Virus record (IMG/VR): IMGVR_UViG_3300029825_000749
Span: 253-64,252 of that record
DNA from: a virus
Reading direction: 5' to 3' (one strand)
DNA length: 64,000 nucleotides
Shown here piece after piece: positions 1 to 9,961 of the stretch. The notes under the pieces were generated by a model. The model did not search any database and had not been told where the DNA came from. It was given only the letters and a program-made list of their open reading frames with translations. A program made the translations under genes and the position numbers. Numbering within the stretch: the stretch's first letter is position 1; every line of letters begins with the position of its first letter.

Positions 1-741
1 TAAACAAGGTTCATCCCAAGACATTCTACGAGCCATTCCTCTTTTACCTCCACCAGAATAAAAACTTTTACCCATATACTCCTTTTGAATATCTTCAGGA
101 AGATTTATCCAACAACCACCAGCAGGAACTAAATCTAAAACTTCTTTTTTCTTATCAGAATAAGAAGTTCCTTCGGATTCTGGAACATCTTTTAAAGCAT
201 CTTTTATTGTGGGTATGCCTTTTTTTTGTCGGGGATATTTAAAAATTACATCTTCTTTTGTTCCAATTAAGAATAATCTCTTTCTTTTCTGTGCTACCCC
301 ATAATTAGCAGCATTTAAAACTTTATATTGAACATCATAACTTAAATTTTCAAGTATATCAATCATTGTCCCTAATGTTCTTCCATTATCGTGTCGGACT
401 AATCCTTGAACATTTTCGGCTATACATATTTTTGGATCTGTTTCTTTAACACATCTTGCAAACTCATGAAATAATGTTCCTCTGATGTCTTCAAACCCTA
501 ATCTTTTTCCTGCATAACTAAATGGTTGGCATGGAAAACCACCACTAACAATATCTACATTGAATTGGGTAAAATCAACATTTTTAACATCATCATGTAT
601 TATATTCCATTCAGGTCTGTTTTTTTTTAATGTTTCAACACAATCTTTATCTATTTCCACTACTGCTACATGTTTAATTCCAGCATTTTCAAATCCTAAA
701 GCTAATCCTCCAGCTCCAGCAAATAATTCAATCCCTTTCAC
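1..741 (-). CDS. C5-cytosine DNA methyltransferase (3' end runs off the window)
   Basis: Manual minus-strand translation from GTG at 741: KGIELFAGAGG (motif I), GGFPCQPFS (catalytic PC, motif IV), AENVQG (motif VI), QKRKRLFLIG (motif VIII). Not in the ORF track. Start could be TTG at 750/753. Confidence 0.93.
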   Translation of the reverse strand, partial: MKGIELFAGAGGLALGFENAGIKHVAVVEIDKDCVETLKKNRPEWNIIHDDVKNVDFTQFNVDIVSGGFPCQPFSYAGKRLGFEDIRGTLFHEFARCVKETDPKICIAENVQGLVRHDNGRTLGTMIDILENLSYDVQYKVLNAANYGVAQKRKRLFLIGTKEDVIFKYPRQKKGIPTIKDALKDVPESEGTSYSDKKKEVLDLVPAGGCWINLPEDIQKEYMGKSFYSGGGKRGMARRMSWDEPCL

Positions 742-994
742 AATATTCAACAACCTTTTCTCCGATATCGGTTAATGTATATAATCTTCCTTTTTTATCT
801 TTTTCATTTAAACATTTTACAATACCTGTATCTTTTAAATCTGCAAGTAGATTACTTATATGATTTAATCTTATTCCAGTTTCTTTAGATATCTCTGAAG
901 GTATTTTTAAATCTTCATTTAAACAGATTATTATTTTTGCTTTGTTTTTTGAGGATTTAACTGTAGATATTGCTTTTATCTCTTCACTTTCCAT
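728..994 (-). CDS. Winged-helix (MarR/ArsR-like) transcription regulator
   Basis: 88 aa; PSEISKETGIRLNHISNLLADLKDTGIV helix-turn-helix plus GRLYTLT wing; overlaps the MTase start. Confidence 0.8.
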   Translation of the reverse strand: MESEEIKAISTVKSSKNKAKIIICLNEDLKIPSEISKETGIRLNHISNLLADLKDTGIVKCLNEKDKKGRLYTLTDIGEKVVEYCERD

Positions 995-1555
995 GTTGTT
1001 ATATTATTATATCTTTTTTATTAATCATTTAACACAAGATACACACATTTTAATACATAAATTATTTTTGTTAATTTTATTATTTAAATCCATTTATTAA
1101 TATTAAATTGAACAGTTAATATTAGATTATATGCTTTCTTGTTTTAATGTTAATCAGTTTTTTTATTTTATTATTTTTTTTAGTGTTTTGTTCATTTTTT
1201 CTTGGTTTTTTTTCTTTTTGTGAACGACTGTAAAATTTCTTAAGTTTTTTTTAGTCATGGTTTTTTAAAACATATGTGTTTTAATTTTCATAATTGTACA
1301 TTGTTTTAAGAATAAGGATTTATTATTGAACAGTTATCATATTTTATTATAGAATTAGTGAACAAAAAGATTTATATATTATTAGTTACTAAGTAAAAAT
1401 TAGAGTTTAAAAAAAATGGGAAGGTTCAAACGGCATACACAACTATACCTTACCTTCCCTGTTACTTGTAAAAAAAGAATTTTTACCTGAGATGATAAAA
1501 AACTTTAGTAAAAGTAAGTAACAAGTATATATCTTCTATGAATATTATTTATACT

Positions 1556-1732
1556 TTATGCTTTTTTTACTTTTACAGTTACTTCATCGTTTTGTATTTC
1601 AACGGTCCATTTCAGGTAATCCCCATTTTTTAGGTTTAGAAATTGTGTTACTTCTTTGGGGACTGTTGTGCGGACTGATGAGCTTTTGTCGCGTGATCGT
1701 GATAATTTTGTTATGTAATTGAATGGTTTCAT
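1556..1732 (-). CDS. AbrB/MazE/SpoVT-like small DNA-binding protein
   Basis: Manual translation, 58 aa: MKPFNYITKLSRSRDKSSSVRTTVPKEVTQFLNLKNGDYLKWTVEIQNDEVTVKVKKA; GGAGG RBS; TVPKEV..L.L..GD.L.W swapped-hairpin pattern. Confidence 0.75.
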   Translation of the reverse strand: MKPFNYITKLSRSRDKSSSVRTTVPKEVTQFLNLKNGDYLKWTVEIQNDEVTVKVKKA

Positions 1733-1739
1733 GGGTATA

Positions 1740-1930
1740 CCAAACCTCCTTGTAATTGTATATTTGTATTGCTATTATATATACTTTAACATTTAATAGG
1801 CAATTATATATACAATATTAAATATATATAGACATATTTATATACTAGTAGCCATATATATAATATTACAAATTAGACAAAACAGAACACACAACCTGTA
1901 ATGTCTGAAAAAAATTCCTGAGATGATATA
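1740..1930. promoter_or_regulatory. Divergent promoter region
   Basis: Several TATATATA-like boxes between the minus-strand AbrB-like gene and the long plus-strand operon. Confidence 0.5.
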
Positions 1931-1932
1931 AA

Positions 1933-2112
1933 ATGCAAATATCTAAAAAAGAATACAACGAACTTCTCAACTATAAGAAGGCTGCACTTGAATTCCTGAA
2001 TGAAGAAGATATTGAGGACATGGAAAGTGCACGAGCATGGTATAAACATGATGTAAATGAAGAAAATCTCATGTATGATGAATTCGGAAATGTTGTGGAG
2101 AGTGAAATATAA
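1933..2112 (+). CDS. Hypothetical acidic protein (59 aa)
   Basis: Manual ORF MQISKKEYNELLNYKKAALEF...VESEI, preceded by the CTGAGATGAT motif. Confidence 0.6.
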   Translation: MQISKKEYNELLNYKKAALEFLNEEDIEDMESARAWYKHDVNEENLMYDEFGNVVESEI

Positions 2113-2231
2113 TGAAAATCTTAACCTACATTTACAATTCCATCAGATCTTGGAAAATCTTATTAAATAATTTCAAGAGAAATGCAGACAATTTTGAAAA
2201 AACAAAAAGTTTGTACCCTGATGATGATTAA
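2112..2231 (+). CDS. Small hypothetical protein (39 aa)
   Basis: Manual ORF whose ATG overlaps the upstream stop; ends YPDDD. Confidence 0.4.
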   Translation: MKILTYIYNSIRSWKILLNNFKRNADNFEKTKSLYPDDD

Positions 2232-2407
2232 AAAAATTTTTTTACAAAGAAGCAGAAATCCCCCACACAAAAAAAGTGTAGGAGATGTCCTTTTTGAACT
2301 TACATAATCCATCTAAGGATGGAGGTAATTCCCATCCGTAAAAACTTTGGGAAATTACATCCTCTTTCTATGGTTTTATAAAATAAGTATTTGGAGGAAA
2401 AAATTGT

Positions 2408-2530
2408 ATGAATAAATGTAAAAATTGTATAAAAAGTAATTTTTATGCAGCACCTAATGATGAGGGTGAATTTGAAGTAATTTACACTTGTCAAAATGAT
2501 AAAATCTGCATACATGAAGATGATGATTAA
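2408..2530 (+). CDS. Small Cys-containing hypothetical protein (40 aa)
   Basis: Manual ORF MNKCKNC...YTCQNDKICIHEDDD; upstream GGAGG. Confidence 0.45.
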   Translation: MNKCKNCIKSNFYAAPNDEGEFEVIYTCQNDKICIHEDDD

Positions 2531-2595
2531 TAATTTTTTTAAAAATAAACATGAGGAATGTGGAGGTTAAAATGAATTTGAGGTGAAAATTTTTT

Positions 2596-2841
2596 ATGAT
2601 GAAAACAACAAGTGTAAAGATTGATTCTCAAAAATGGGAATTAGTAAAACTGCGAGGATATAAACTGCAAGATCTTGTTGATACTGCCTTTACAAATATA
2701 ATACAAAATGAGTACACAGATCCTGAAGAGATTGAAGAACTTAAAAAAATGATATTAAAACAGCAAAAACAAAGCAAAAATAAATATAAACAGCAAACTG
2801 AGAATCACAACACTCAGTTAGCTGCCTTACAAAAAATCTGA
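2596..2841 (+). CDS. Ribbon-helix-helix-like DNA-binding protein
   Basis: N-terminal KTTSVKID strand followed by two helices; GAGGTGA RBS. Confidence 0.5.
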   Translation: MMKTTSVKIDSQKWELVKLRGYKLQDLVDTAFTNIIQNEYTDPEEIEELKKMILKQQKQSKNKYKQQTENHNTQLAALQKI

Positions 2842-2852
2842 GATGATAAAAA

Positions 2853-3338
2853 ATGGAAAAACTTGAAAAAATGGAGTCAGTGCCTGTGGAAACAGAGGTA
2901 CTGTCTAATGAAACTACAGCAACTGTAGAGAAAATTGATTCTAACACTTTAATTGATAATGCTTTACAAGAATGGGCTGCATATCAATTAATTACAAAAA
3001 AAATCCTTGATGAAACTGATTATCTTACAATTAAAGGTAAGAAGTTTAAGAAGAAATCTGCTTGGCGTAAATATGCACGAGCCTTTAACATTACTACTGA
3101 AATAATTAAGGAAAATATTGAGAAGAATGATAAGAATCGTGTGATTGAAGCAACCTTTATCATCCGTGCTACTTTACCTGATGGTCGTTTCGCTGATGGA
3201 TGGGGAAACTGTAGTCGTGGTGAAGGATCTAAAAATCATCCAAATCATGATATTCCTGCAACTGCATGTACTCGTGCAACAAATCGTGCAATAAGTGATC
3301 TTATTGGTGCAGGTGAAGTAAGTAGTGATGAAATCTAA
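2853..3338 (+). CDS. Putative single-strand annealing protein (Rad52/Erf-like fold)
   Basis: KSAWRKYARAFNI...ATACTRATNRAISDLIGAGEVS pattern; early replication context. Confidence 0.5.
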   Translation: MEKLEKMESVPVETEVLSNETTATVEKIDSNTLIDNALQEWAAYQLITKKILDETDYLTIKGKKFKKKSAWRKYARAFNITTEIIKENIEKNDKNRVIEATFIIRATLPDGRFADGWGNCSRGEGSKNHPNHDIPATACTRATNRAISDLIGAGEVSSDEI

Positions 3339-3341
3339 TTC

Positions 3342-3366
3342 AGTTATTCGAATTTTTCGAATAACT
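3342..3366. repeat. Perfect 11-bp inverted repeat (terminator or operator)
   Basis: AGTTATTCGAA-TTT-TTCGAATAACT immediately after the stop at 3338. Confidence 0.7.
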
Positions 3367-3440
3367 TGATTTAATATTTAAGAATAAAAAAAATAATACA
3401 AAAAACAGTATAAATTCATAAAAAATTATATAAAAACCTT

Positions 3441-3995
3441 ATGGAGCATAAAAACATGAACGAAGAAAATTACATTACAGATATAGCAGATGAAGTAGAA
3501 CAAGAAAACAGAACCTTTTTCCCATCACTTGAACTTGATGTGGATGAATCTATTGAAGCAGTTCCTATGGAATATGATCGTGTGGGTTTAAAAGAACTTG
3601 ATGATGAAGAAAAATTCAGTGGAAATCCTTACTTAAGTCCTGTTGAAAGTTTCCAGATTGATGAAGATGGTGAAACAGTAACAAAATATCGATGCAATCT
3701 TTATATTGTAGATCATAGTCAAGAATTATATTTACAAGCACGAATCAACCTTAAAAAAGAGGGGGATATTCAAGTAGGTATACGTAAAGGCAGTGTATTA
3801 TATGATATATTAGGAAGTGTTGCAAGAATGGAGTATCCTAATCGAAAATTTAACATTATTAAAAAAGCTAATTTGGAGGAGTATAGAAGTTTCATAAATG
3901 ATATTTCAAATTGTGAAGTACAAGCAGTTGAACACTCATTTGGAAATGGGGATACAACTTATAATGGTCTTGTTTTTACAAAATTATCAAACTAA
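3441..3995 (+). CDS. Hypothetical acidic protein (possible ssDNA-binding protein)
   Basis: 184 aa, beta-rich core, located between the SSAP-like gene and the primase; function inferred from position only. Confidence 0.4.
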   Translation: MEHKNMNEENYITDIADEVEQENRTFFPSLELDVDESIEAVPMEYDRVGLKELDDEEKFSGNPYLSPVESFQIDEDGETVTKYRCNLYIVDHSQELYLQARINLKKEGDIQVGIRKGSVLYDILGSVARMEYPNRKFNIIKKANLEEYRSFINDISNCEVQAVEHSFGNGDTTYNGLVFTKLSN

Positions 3996-4040
3996 ATTAT
4001 CTTTTTTTATATATATTTTTTTTAAGGAGTTTATGGAAAA

Positions 4041-6842
4041 ATGGGTATGTCTAGGAAGAAAACATTTGCTATACTTCAAGAACAAATACTTGATGTTGAA
4101 GAGCAAATCATGAATGATACTATTAAATTAATACCCTTAGGTTTAAATAAGAAATTCCCATCTAAGAAAGATTATTATAATACTGAGTATGATCTTCCAA
4201 CTTTAAAGAATAATAATGGGAATCTTGGAGTTTGTGTTGGATATAATCATGAAGAAAATGGGCGAAGCTTAGCAGTTATTGATGTGGATGGTTATACACT
4301 TGATTGTGAGGATGAAGCTGAGAAAAGTGAAGTTAAGCGTGAAACTGCTGATGCAATCTATGAAATTTTAAAGAAGATTCCAGGTGCGATACATGTGCGA
4401 ACACAATCTGGTGGACATCACTTATACTTCTGGAATAAAACATTCATTGAAAACATTCATGAAATCAGTAAGAATCTACATTTCCCAGAAGACTATAAAA
4501 TCCAAAAATTACAGGGTAAGAGTCTGGATCAGAGTATTGAAATATTCACTAAATGGCAGAGCAAACAATGTGTATTACCAGGAAGTAGGATAAAAAAGAA
4601 TCATTACACTGTTGTGGATGATACCTGTAACTTTGGAGATATGGCTACTGTAAGTAACATACATGAAACCGTTAAAAAAGCAATGGTTGATGCAGGATAC
4701 AAATACTACCAAGAAAAAACTGAAAGTAAAATCACATCTTCATCATCTACCATTATGCCTGTAAGAAAGTTGAAAGAGTTAAACAAAAAAGAGGTGAAAC
4801 AACTAGCTAGTCTACTAAGCCCATACTTCAAAACCTTCGATGGTATAAAACACTACTCCTACCTATATCTCGGAGGATACCTCTGCCAGTTCATCACAGC
4901 AAAATCTGCAAAACATGTAACAAAAGAAATCTTAAAACAAACCAAGGATAACTACCAAAAACATGTTACAACTGTACTTAAAAATTATCAACGAAACAAC
5001 AATAATAAAAAGGGTTTACGCAGCTTAATTGATAATATTAAACAAAAAAATCCTGAATTCAACAGTTTAAGTGAAGATAAACTAAGATTCCGATTAAACC
5101 GACTTGTAAACTTAAGTTTCAAATATGACATAATTATAGGTAAGCCTAAACCTACAAGTGAAACCCACTTAAGATTAGATTACCAAAAATGCACAATAGG
5201 AACAAGACTTGTTGAATACCATAAAGACAAAGATCCAGTAATCAAAAATGATAGGATTATTGCAAATTTCATTCCAGAAAAAATATTCTTAAGCTATGAC
5301 TTATTACATCCTCAAAACAAAGCCAAACTTTGCTTAACCTACTACAGTAACGGGATGCCTTACAAGCAAACCATTGAAGCAGACAGTATAAAAAGTATTG
5401 AGAATGAATTATCAGATCGTGCAGGTATAATTTTAGAACCCCGAGATTTCTCAGGTATCCTAAACAAGGTTATAAAAGAATATGAGAAATTAAATCTTAT
5501 AGAAATTGTGACTGATATTCCGGTTCCTGGTGTGTTTACAAATCCTAAAACTGGTGAATTATGTAGAGCAAATAAGAATGGTAGTGTTCCCATCACTTGC
5601 CCTAGAAAGGAAAAAGTATTAGAAGCTTTGGATATTTGGAGAAAATTACATGAAATTTATCCTGGGGATCCAACTAAATTATCTCATATCATTCGGTGGG
5701 GTTTAGCTTCTCCTTTTAGTTTCATCAAGAAAACAGAGTATGAATGGTTTCCAATGCTATTTTTATATGGTGCTAGTCGTACAAGTAAAACTACTCTTGC
5801 AGAAATCTGTCTTTCACCTTATACTGAAATTACTGATGAGGTAAGTATTGGTGGTGGAGCATTTGATACAGTATACCGTATTGGTGAGGCTTTATCACGT
5901 CAGGGTTATGGTTTGATTATTAATGAACCTGGAAATGCTATTGAAACTAAGAAAACTAATTTGGATGTGATTAAAAGAGGTGTTGAGAATGCAATCTGTA
6001 GGGAGAAACAGGAGAATGGTGTTCATGTGAGAATTCCAGCTTATAGTAATATGCTTTTTACAGCTAATAGTTTCATCCCATCAAATGATGCTTTCATTCG
6101 CCGAACAGATTATATTGAATTTACAAAAAATGAACGGATGACTGAAGAGGATCAAAAAGTTTTTAATGAAACTTTTCACTTTGTAAGTCAAAAGAATAAT
6201 GATTTTAGGTTTTTACATCCTATTGGTGATTTTATTATCTTTTATGTGCATGAGAATATGGAATTGTTAAAACTTAGCCGTGATGACTTTGTAAATACCT
6301 TACTTGATGCTTTATTTAAATGGTGTGGGGTTGAACCTATGGAATGGTTGTACCGTACTGCTGAATTAATGACACTTGGTAATAGTGATGATGAAGTGTT
6401 AACAATATTCCGCTTAATGATACTTGAAGATTATAATCGAAGTGTGGGAAACAATCCTAAACTATTAGAAGCACTTGACACCTTAGAAGAATTTCATGCC
6501 CCTACAATAAATAATGAATACAAACTTGATGAAATAGACTTAAGTAATGATGAAAGTGAAGCTGCATTTAAAAGTTTATTTACAGGAGTAGTGAGTTTAG
6601 ATAAAATCCCTTACTTACATTTTGCAAAACTACATAATGGGTGTGAATATATTTATGTGACAAGTGCAGTTAAACAAGCAATCACATCCTATTCTAATCG
6701 TAATGGGTTGAATTTTAATATTACTTGTAAAGGACTTGCAGATTACATGAAAGAAGAATATAAAAATTATAAATATAAAGGTAAGGCAGTGAAATGTTTT
6801 CGTATTGAATATAATGTATTTAGGGAATTTTTAAATAGTTAA
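4041..6842 (+). CDS. Primase-polymerase (Prim-Pol/AEP) fused to a helicase/ATPase (DUF927/SF3-like)
   Basis: VIDVDG, TQSGGHHLYF and VLPGS Prim-Pol motifs; Walker A GASRTSKT and Walker B LIINE in the C-terminal half. Confidence 0.88.
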   Translation: MGMSRKKTFAILQEQILDVEEQIMNDTIKLIPLGLNKKFPSKKDYYNTEYDLPTLKNNNGNLGVCVGYNHEENGRSLAVIDVDGYTLDCEDEAEKSEVKRETADAIYEILKKIPGAIHVRTQSGGHHLYFWNKTFIENIHEISKNLHFPEDYKIQKLQGKSLDQSIEIFTKWQSKQCVLPGSRIKKNHYTVVDDTCNFGDMATVSNIHETVKKAMVDAGYKYYQEKTESKITSSSSTIMPVRKLKELNKKEVKQLASLLSPYFKTFDGIKHYSYLYLGGYLCQFITAKSAKHVTKEILKQTKDNYQKHVTTVLKNYQRNNNNKKGLRSLIDNIKQKNPEFNSLSEDKLRFRLNRLVNLSFKYDIIIGKPKPTSETHLRLDYQKCTIGTRLVEYHKDKDPVIKNDRIIANFIPEKIFLSYDLLHPQNKAKLCLTYYSNGMPYKQTIEADSIKSIENELSDRAGIILEPRDFSGILNKVIKEYEKLNLIEIVTDIPVPGVFTNPKTGELCRANKNGSVPITCPRKEKVLEALDIWRKLHEIYPGDPTKLSHIIRWGLASPFSFIKKTEYEWFPMLFLYGASRTSKTTLAEICLSPYTEITDEVSIGGGAFDTVYRIGEALSRQGYGLIINEPGNAIETKKTNLDVIKRGVENAICREKQENGVHVRIPAYSNMLFTANSFIPSNDAFIRRTDYIEFTKNERMTEEDQKVFNETFHFVSQKNNDFRFLHPIGDFIIFYVHENMELLKLSRDDFVNTLLDALFKWCGVEPMEWLYRTAELMTLGNSDDEVLTIFRLMILEDYNRSVGNNPKLLEALDTLEEFHAPTINNEYKLDEIDLSNDESEAAFKSLFTGVVSLDKIPYLHFAKLHNGCEYIYVTSAVKQAITSYSNRNGLNFNITCKGLADYMKEEYKNYKYKGKAVKCFRIEYNVFREFLNS

Positions 6843-7219
6843 AGGTGACATTTTTTGGTAGGGTTACTATAAAGTTACCTAAAAATTACCTGAAAAAAAT
6901 AACCTTTAGGAGCTTTCTCTTTCCTTTATTTTTAATTTCCTTTTATTATATTATTATTTTTTTAAAAGTTACATTATTTATTATATAAGACCCCTTTATA
7001 GAAAAAAGATGGATATATTTTTATAATATTTAATGTATATAGAGGGGGAGCCTTTCAAAAAAGGGTAACCTTGTAACTATTATATAAAATTAGGATATAA
7101 AAAAATAAATTAATTAAATATTCATGTTAATGATTAAATAATATATCAAAAAGTATAAATAGAGGTTAAAATTTTGAACATTAAAAAAAGTAATCCTTTT
7201 AAAAAAAGTCACCTTCAAC
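6838..7219. other. Candidate replication origin
   Basis: Non-coding; outer inverted repeat 17/19 nt (6838-6856 / 7201-7219), inner inverted repeat 9/10 nt (6991-7000 / 7038-7047) around an AT-rich core; GTTAC-type motifs on the left, GTAAC-type on the right. Confidence 0.7.
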
Positions 7220-7320
7220 CCTTTTTAGAATAAAAAGTTTATATACAAACAAAAATATTGTTCTAGTTCACAACAACAAAACAATATTAAAAAAAACAAT
7301 GCAACTGAGATGATAAAAAC

Positions 7321-7890
7321 ATGAAAAATATACAAAAAAGCAATAGTGACACATATTACATCTATCGCACTATAAATGGAAAAACTGCCTATTTTGGAGC
7401 ATATAAAACAAAAAAAGAAGCTATTCAACATTATAACTGTTTTGATAAGGAAGGTTGGAATCGTGAAAAATTAATCGAAAAAGGCCTCCTAAATGTGAAC
7501 AGTAATAATTCTATGCGACACATCCATCAAAGAGGAGAAAACTATTTTATAGACAAATTAATTGATGGAAAAATGAAGTATTTTGGATCATTTGAAACTA
7601 TTGAAGAAGCTATCAAGTTTCGTGATGAAGCTGAAGCATGTAATTGGAATATTGTCCCCGTAAGAAAACGGGCTAAATATGAAAAATCCACTAAGTATAA
7701 TCTACCTAAACATGTTTATTATAATAAGCGTTGTAAACGGTATGATGTGAAAAAATATGATTTAAAATCAAAGAAATTAGTTTTGTATGGATCTTATAAT
7801 GATTTAGAGGATGCTATAATAGATAAAAAATTATTTGAATTATGCTCTTGGGATTGGGAGAATATCTGCAACAATGAGGTAAAGGTATGA
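7321..7890 (+). CDS. Protein with three AP2-like DNA-binding repeats
   Basis: Three repeats: INGKTAYFGAYKTKKEA, IDGKMKYFGSFETIEEA, KKLVLYGSYNDLEDA. Confidence 0.75.
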   Translation: MKNIQKSNSDTYYIYRTINGKTAYFGAYKTKKEAIQHYNCFDKEGWNREKLIEKGLLNVNSNNSMRHIHQRGENYFIDKLIDGKMKYFGSFETIEEAIKFRDEAEACNWNIVPVRKRAKYEKSTKYNLPKHVYYNKRCKRYDVKKYDLKSKKLVLYGSYNDLEDAIIDKKLFELCSWDWENICNNEVKV

Positions 7891-8816
7891 TTAAGATTCA
7901 GGTCACTGTTGATAGTCGTGAAAAGAAACGAATAGAAGAAGCAACTGAATACTATGAAATGCGAAATATCCTAGTCAATAAAGAAACCTTAGAATATGGG
8001 GATTACTTGTTTGAAGCAAATAATTCTAAGAATAAAGTGATTTTTGAGTACAAAACAATGGGAGATATGTTAGCTAGTATTACAAATCATACAGTTTTTG
8101 AAGAAGTGATGAACCAAACACATGAGTACAATTATAGTTATCTAATTATTGCAGGGGATCTAGCTACATATTTAGATGTATTATGGAAGCAGGAAAATGT
8201 TAAAGTTAAATTTAAATCCTTTAAGAAGTTCCATGATTATTACTTTACCCGATTTTGGGGGGCTATTCGAAGGTTGCGTACTGCAGTAAATGTAATCATT
8301 GTCGATAGTGAAACAAGTGCGTTCTATGAGATGATGATGCAAGCAAAAAAGTGTTTTGATGTGAAATTCTATGGAGGATGTCGTAAACCAGATAATTTGA
8401 AATCTTGCCTTGATAGTGTATTGTGTGATGTGAAACTTGTTTCTGTTAAGAAATCTAGGAAAATCATTAATGATTTACATTTAAGGACTTTGCAGGATTT
8501 GGTTGATTGTAGTGAAAATGATTTTGCAAGTGTTGATACAATTGGTGAGAACACTGCAAATAAAATCTTTAAGTGGGTTCATCCTGAAGGTGCTAAACTT
8601 GAAGGGGATGTTGTTGCTGAAGAAATTAAGAAAATCTTGTATGTTGTTGATTTGATTAGTACTAATAGTGAGGCTGCTTTGGATCTTGCGGTGCGTGATG
8701 ATATTATTAATGATAAACAAAGGGAGAATTTAGAAGTGCTGAACCTGGGGGATTCTTGTAAGTTTTTTGTGGAATTTTTTGAAATTTGTCATAAAGAAAT
8801 TTTGAGGTTAATGTGA
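7887..8816 (+). CDS. ERCC4/XPF-family structure-specific endonuclease with HhH domain
   Basis: VDSRE, GDYLF and FEYKT..D motifs; HhH motif TIGENTANKI. Confidence 0.88.
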   Translation: MIKIQVTVDSREKKRIEEATEYYEMRNILVNKETLEYGDYLFEANNSKNKVIFEYKTMGDMLASITNHTVFEEVMNQTHEYNYSYLIIAGDLATYLDVLWKQENVKVKFKSFKKFHDYYFTRFWGAIRRLRTAVNVIIVDSETSAFYEMMMQAKKCFDVKFYGGCRKPDNLKSCLDSVLCDVKLVSVKKSRKIINDLHLRTLQDLVDCSENDFASVDTIGENTANKIFKWVHPEGAKLEGDVVAEEIKKILYVVDLISTNSEAALDLAVRDDIINDKQRENLEVLNLGDSCKFFVEFFEICHKEILRLM

Positions 8817-9027
8817 AGACTTTTATAAAATCAGGTGGAAATGGATTATGAAAAAGGACAAAGTTAAAATAGGATTAGTGCAGTACTATGAAAGAAAAGA
8901 TGGGGATTATACTATTGTTATACCTTTAACATTTAAACTTAAAGCTAATAATAGTAGTGAAGCTTACAAGAAAGCTTTTAAAATCTTAAGTAATGGTATA
9001 GAGTATGATTGATTTTTTATATGTAAT

Positions 9028-9282
9028 TTGTGGTATGTTATTATGATATTTAGAATAAGAAATGATGAGAATGGGGAAATCTATGATAGGCCTATAAATA
9101 TGTCTGGGGGCCTCCTTGAATTAGTTGGGATTAATTCTGAAGCAGAATTTCATTTTGAAGAATTTTGTTTAACAAGTACAGGGGCTGTTTTGATAGTGAA
9201 CTTAGATGGTAAATTATGGTATAAAACATTACCTTTCAAGTATAGTGTTATATTTGATTTACCCTCATGGGAGGATGAATAA
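9028..9282 (+). CDS. Hypothetical protein (YopX-like N-terminus possible)
   Basis: ORF in a tightly packed operon; MIFRIRNDENGEIY. Confidence 0.4.
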   Translation: MWYVIMIFRIRNDENGEIYDRPINMSGGLLELVGINSEAEFHFEEFCLTSTGAVLIVNLDGKLWYKTLPFKYSVIFDLPSWEDE

Positions 9283-9614
9283 TGAAAAAATTTATATGTA
9301 AAAGTTTTAATGAGGATACTTTACTCTGTAGAAATTGTAATAATTTTGCTAATTGTATTATATTTCCACAACTGGGAATGGATCTTGTTTGCAATAAGCA
9401 GGAGGAGTATGATAAAATACAGTGTGAGATGGAGAATGATTTAACAGTTTTTGAAAAATATTTAGAAACTGTTGATGACACCTTAAATCTTGTTTTAGCT
9501 TCAATCAATAGTAATGATGATTTAATTAAACACTTTAATGATTTAAACAGATTACTACAACAACATACAGTATTTTCTAATAATGTGAAAAATTTAAAGG
9601 AGTTATTGAGATGA
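9282..9614 (+). CDS. Hypothetical protein, Cys-rich N-terminus and coiled coil
   Basis: Overlapping start/stop operon packing. Confidence 0.55.
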   Translation: MKKFICKSFNEDTLLCRNCNNFANCIIFPQLGMDLVCNKQEEYDKIQCEMENDLTVFEKYLETVDDTLNLVLASINSNDDLIKHFNDLNRLLQQHTVFSNNVKNLKELLR

Positions 9615-9961
9615 ATCCTGAATTGAAATTTGATGAAGAATTTTATACATCTATAAAAATGGGTTTTAAGATCCAAACAATCAGGAATCATTTGAAAATA
9701 GGAATCTTGCCTGGAAAAAAATGTAATGCACTGTTTGTGAATAATAACTGTGATTATGTTGAGGATAAAAGATTATATTTAAAAATTAAGCATATTTCAT
9801 TGAAAAACTTTAAAGATTTAGATTTAGGGGATGTGTTACGGGAGAACACAACTACTGTTGAAGATTTAAAAGAAAATTTACTTAGAATTTACCCAGAATT
9901 AAACTCTGAGAGTATCATTTATTGTATAAATTTTCAGGTAATTAAATCTAAGGAAGTGTGA
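9611..9961 (+). CDS. ASCH-domain protein
   Basis: IKMGFKIQTIR (GxKxxxxR) and L..IYPEL...IIYCINF signature. Confidence 0.78.
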   Translation: MNPELKFDEEFYTSIKMGFKIQTIRNHLKIGILPGKKCNALFVNNNCDYVEDKRLYLKIKHISLKNFKDLDLGDVLRENTTTVEDLKENLLRIYPELNSESIIYCINFQVIKSKEV

